Assembly (NCBI GenBank): GCA_016722515.1
Contig: JADKJE010000001.1
Location: 452,189 to 516,188 of the forward strand
DNA: 64,000 bases
Direction: 5' to 3'
Source of the DNA: Alphaproteobacteria bacterium
GTDB taxonomy: Bacteria > Pseudomonadota > Alphaproteobacteria > Rickettsiales > JADKJE01
In this document: piece after piece, positions 62,196-64,000 of the stretch
Layout of the letters: each line of letters opens with the position of its first letter
How positions within the stretch are numbered: position 1 is the stretch's first letter
Program-made: the position numbers and the translations under genes
Notes under the pieces: model-generated
What the model saw: only the letters and a program-made list of their open reading frames with translations
What the model was told of the DNA's origin: nothing
The model's database searches: none

Positions 62196-63946
62196 TACTA
62201 CAATCTCTTTATGAATATTATGTGCGTAAAGAAGCTGATTCTGAGCTTAATGGTCAATCATCACTTACTCCTTCTGGATGGGAAAGAAAGGAAATTCCTT
62301 TTATCTTAGTCATTGATTCAAGCGGTCAACTTGTATCTATCGAAGATCAACGCGATGAAAATGGCAAACGCGCAAAAGCATATTTAGTACCCCAAGCCAT
62401 CAAAAAGACAAGTGCGATTGCAGCTAATCTTTTCTGGGACAATCCAGAATATGTATTAGGCTATGTTGCGGAGGGGAAGAAGGCTGAACGCATCCATGAA
62501 CAACATCAAGCTTTCATTCAGAAGATTAGAGATTTTTTTCCCAATCATCATACCGACATAGGGATTGAAGCCTTACTAAATTTTCTCATTCACGATCCAC
62601 TTACTCAAGCAATGGCTCTTGCTGAATGGAAAAACATTGAAAAAGCGTCTAAGTCTAACCTTTCGTTTCGTTTAAGCACAGATACTCTGCTGATTTGCCA
62701 ACGTCCTATCGTAATGTCACTAATGGATACAAACAATAAAACAGAAGCAACAGATGCTATCAAAGGACATTGTTTAGTCACCGGCGAATATTCAACTATT
62801 GCCCGATTACATCCAGCTATCAAAGGCGTATTTGGCACACAAACTGCAGGAGGAAACATTGTCTCATTTAATCTTGATGCTTTCCGCTTTTATAGAAAAC
62901 ACCAAGGTAATAATGCACCTATAAGCGAAAAGGCTACTGAAACCTATACAAAAGCACTTAATTATTTGTTACGTAGAGAGTCGCAACAAAAAACGCTAAT
63001 GGGAGATGGAACCACCCTCGTTTGGTGGGCAGAACAACCGGAAGCCAGACAGATAGAAGAAGATTTTTGGTTGTTATTTGTTGAACGCGACAATCCAGAT
63101 AAACGTTCTGAAGCTATTCGCAGTCTCCTCAAGAGCCCCTGGAATGGAAGCCAATACAGTGACAGTGAAAATACGAAATTCTTTATACTAGGATTAGCTC
63201 CTAATGCAGCAAGGATCGCCATACGTTTTTTTAGAGTAGCTACTGTCACTGAATTTGGCAAAAATATAAGTGCTTATTTTAAAGAGATTGCTCTTCCCCA
63301 TTTTGAGGAAACTTCTTTCCCATCAATATCTTCCTTATGCGCAGCAATCAATGACCTAGATAGACTACCCGCTAATTTTCAGGGCAGACTATTTGAGAGC
63401 ATCATTTCAGGAACCCCATATCCTAAACTACTGTTTCATAGCGCTCTACATAGAATACGCGCTACCCGATTTGTTACCCATAATGCTGCCGCCATACTTA
63501 AAGCATGCCTGATTCGAAATTTTCCTAACAGCAACTATCATCGTGAGGTACTTATGACATTACAAGAAGATAATAGAGACATTGGCTATGTACTCGGCCA
63601 ATTGTTTTCCATTTATGACAAATTAAAAGAAGAAGAAACAGATGGTCGTGCGAATAGACGAGATAAGTTTTTTAGTGCCCTTTCGACCCGACCCTGTGCT
63701 GTCATTTCCCGGTTAGAGCATTTATCCCAATGTGATTTAAAGAAACTGCGGAGAAGTAAAGAAACACGTGGATTAGCAATTACACGCGAAAAACAAATCC
63801 AGAAGGCAATGTCAAAATTAGCTGGCCCAATACCGCCAACGCTTAGTGTAGAACAACAGGCCATGTTCGCATTAGGTTACTACCATCAACGGCAAGATTT
63901 TTTCACCAGCAAAACTAAACCAACCGATCAAGAAGACGCCGCATAA
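62192..63946 (+). CDS. cas8c: Type I-C large subunit Cas8c (Csd1)
   Basis: 584-aa ORF with the MILQSLYEYYVR N-terminus typical of Csd1. It sits between cas5c and cas7c. Confidence 0.88.
   Translation: MILQSLYEYYVRKEADSELNGQSSLTPSGWERKEIPFILVIDSSGQLVSIEDQRDENGKRAKAYLVPQAIKKTSAIAANLFWDNPEYVLGYVAEGKKAERIHEQHQAFIQKIRDFFPNHHTDIGIEALLNFLIHDPLTQAMALAEWKNIEKASKSNLSFRLSTDTLLICQRPIVMSLMDTNNKTEATDAIKGHCLVTGEYSTIARLHPAIKGVFGTQTAGGNIVSFNLDAFRFYRKHQGNNAPISEKATETYTKALNYLLRRESQQKTLMGDGTTLVWWAEQPEARQIEEDFWLLFVERDNPDKRSEAIRSLLKSPWNGSQYSDSENTKFFILGLAPNAARIAIRFFRVATVTEFGKNISAYFKEIALPHFEETSFPSISSLCAAINDLDRLPANFQGRLFESIISGTPYPKLLFHSALHRIRATRFVTHNAAAILKACLIRNFPNSNYHREVLMTLQEDNRDIGYVLGQLFSIYDKLKEEETDGRANRRDKFFSALSTRPCAVISRLEHLSQCDLKKLRRSKETRGLAITREKQIQKAMSKLAGPIPPTLSVEQQAMFALGYYHQRQDFFTSKTKPTDQEDAA
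63554..63946 (+). CDS. cas11: Putative Cas11c small subunit from an internal in-frame start in cas8c
   Basis: An in-frame ATG at 63554 is preceded by GTGAGGT (GAGG 5-6 nt upstream). It would give a 130-aa product, MTLQEDNRDIGYVLGQLFSIYDKL.... Internal translation of Cas11c from cas8c is established for type I-C systems. Confidence 0.5.
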   Translation: MTLQEDNRDIGYVLGQLFSIYDKLKEEETDGRANRRDKFFSALSTRPCAVISRLEHLSQCDLKKLRRSKETRGLAITREKQIQKAMSKLAGPIPPTLSVEQQAMFALGYYHQRQDFFTSKTKPTDQEDAA

Positions 63947-63977
63947 TTTAACTTTTAAACTTTAAAGGAGTATGTAT

Positions 63978-64000
63978 ATGAACCCTATCCAACATCGTTA
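63978..64000 (+). CDS. cas7: Type I-C Cas7c (Csd2), first 7 codons (gene continues past the window end)
   Basis: ATG 63978 is preceded by AAGGAG (63965-63970) and reads MNPIQHR. The position after cas8c is the canonical cas7c slot. Only 23 nt are visible. Confidence 0.6.

Noticed and set aside
55583-64000. Search for a CRISPR array or leader around the cas genes
   Set aside because: I saw no series of direct repeats with regular 60-70-bp periodicity in any spacer here. The array, if present, should lie beyond the right window edge.

Overview
This is a chromosomal segment of a moderately AT-rich alphaproteobacterium. The gene content and order are tolQRAB-pal-cpoB-tilS-ftsH, cysE-iscR-(nifS-like)-iscS-iscU-iscA-hscB-hscA...fdx, ccmAB, hda and a DUF1674 gene. 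This fits a Rickettsiales/Holosporales-like, probably host-associated lineage, but the taxon is inference only. About 45 housekeeping CDS are interrupted by visibly more AT-rich accessory segments. (i) 4.2-11.4 kb holds a 1965-aa orphan ORF translationally coupled to a small upstream ORF. It is followed by an 855-bp non-coding spacer with long C-rich hairpins and a 40-bp element that recurs, inverted, at 53.1 kb. (ii) 22.3-26.0 kb holds a 1233-aa ankyrin-repeat protein sitting inside the isc operon between hscA and fdx. (iii) 50.5-52.8 kb holds copA-copB. (iv) 56-64 kb holds an orphan 390-aa ORF followed by a type I-C cas operon: cas3, a decayed IS1380-family element, then cas5c, cas8c (with an internal cas11c start) and cas7c running off the window. 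I saw no CRISPR array, tRNA or rRNA in this window. The best candidates for something undescribed are the giant-ORF island and the orphan ORF next to cas3; neither has a function I can assign from sequence. Three features absent from the ORF track were found by hand: the partial gyrA at the left edge, a 50-codon DUF1674 gene and the partial cas7 at the right edge. Coordinates of hand-located hairpins and repeats are +/-2 nt. No compositional statistics or database searches were run.
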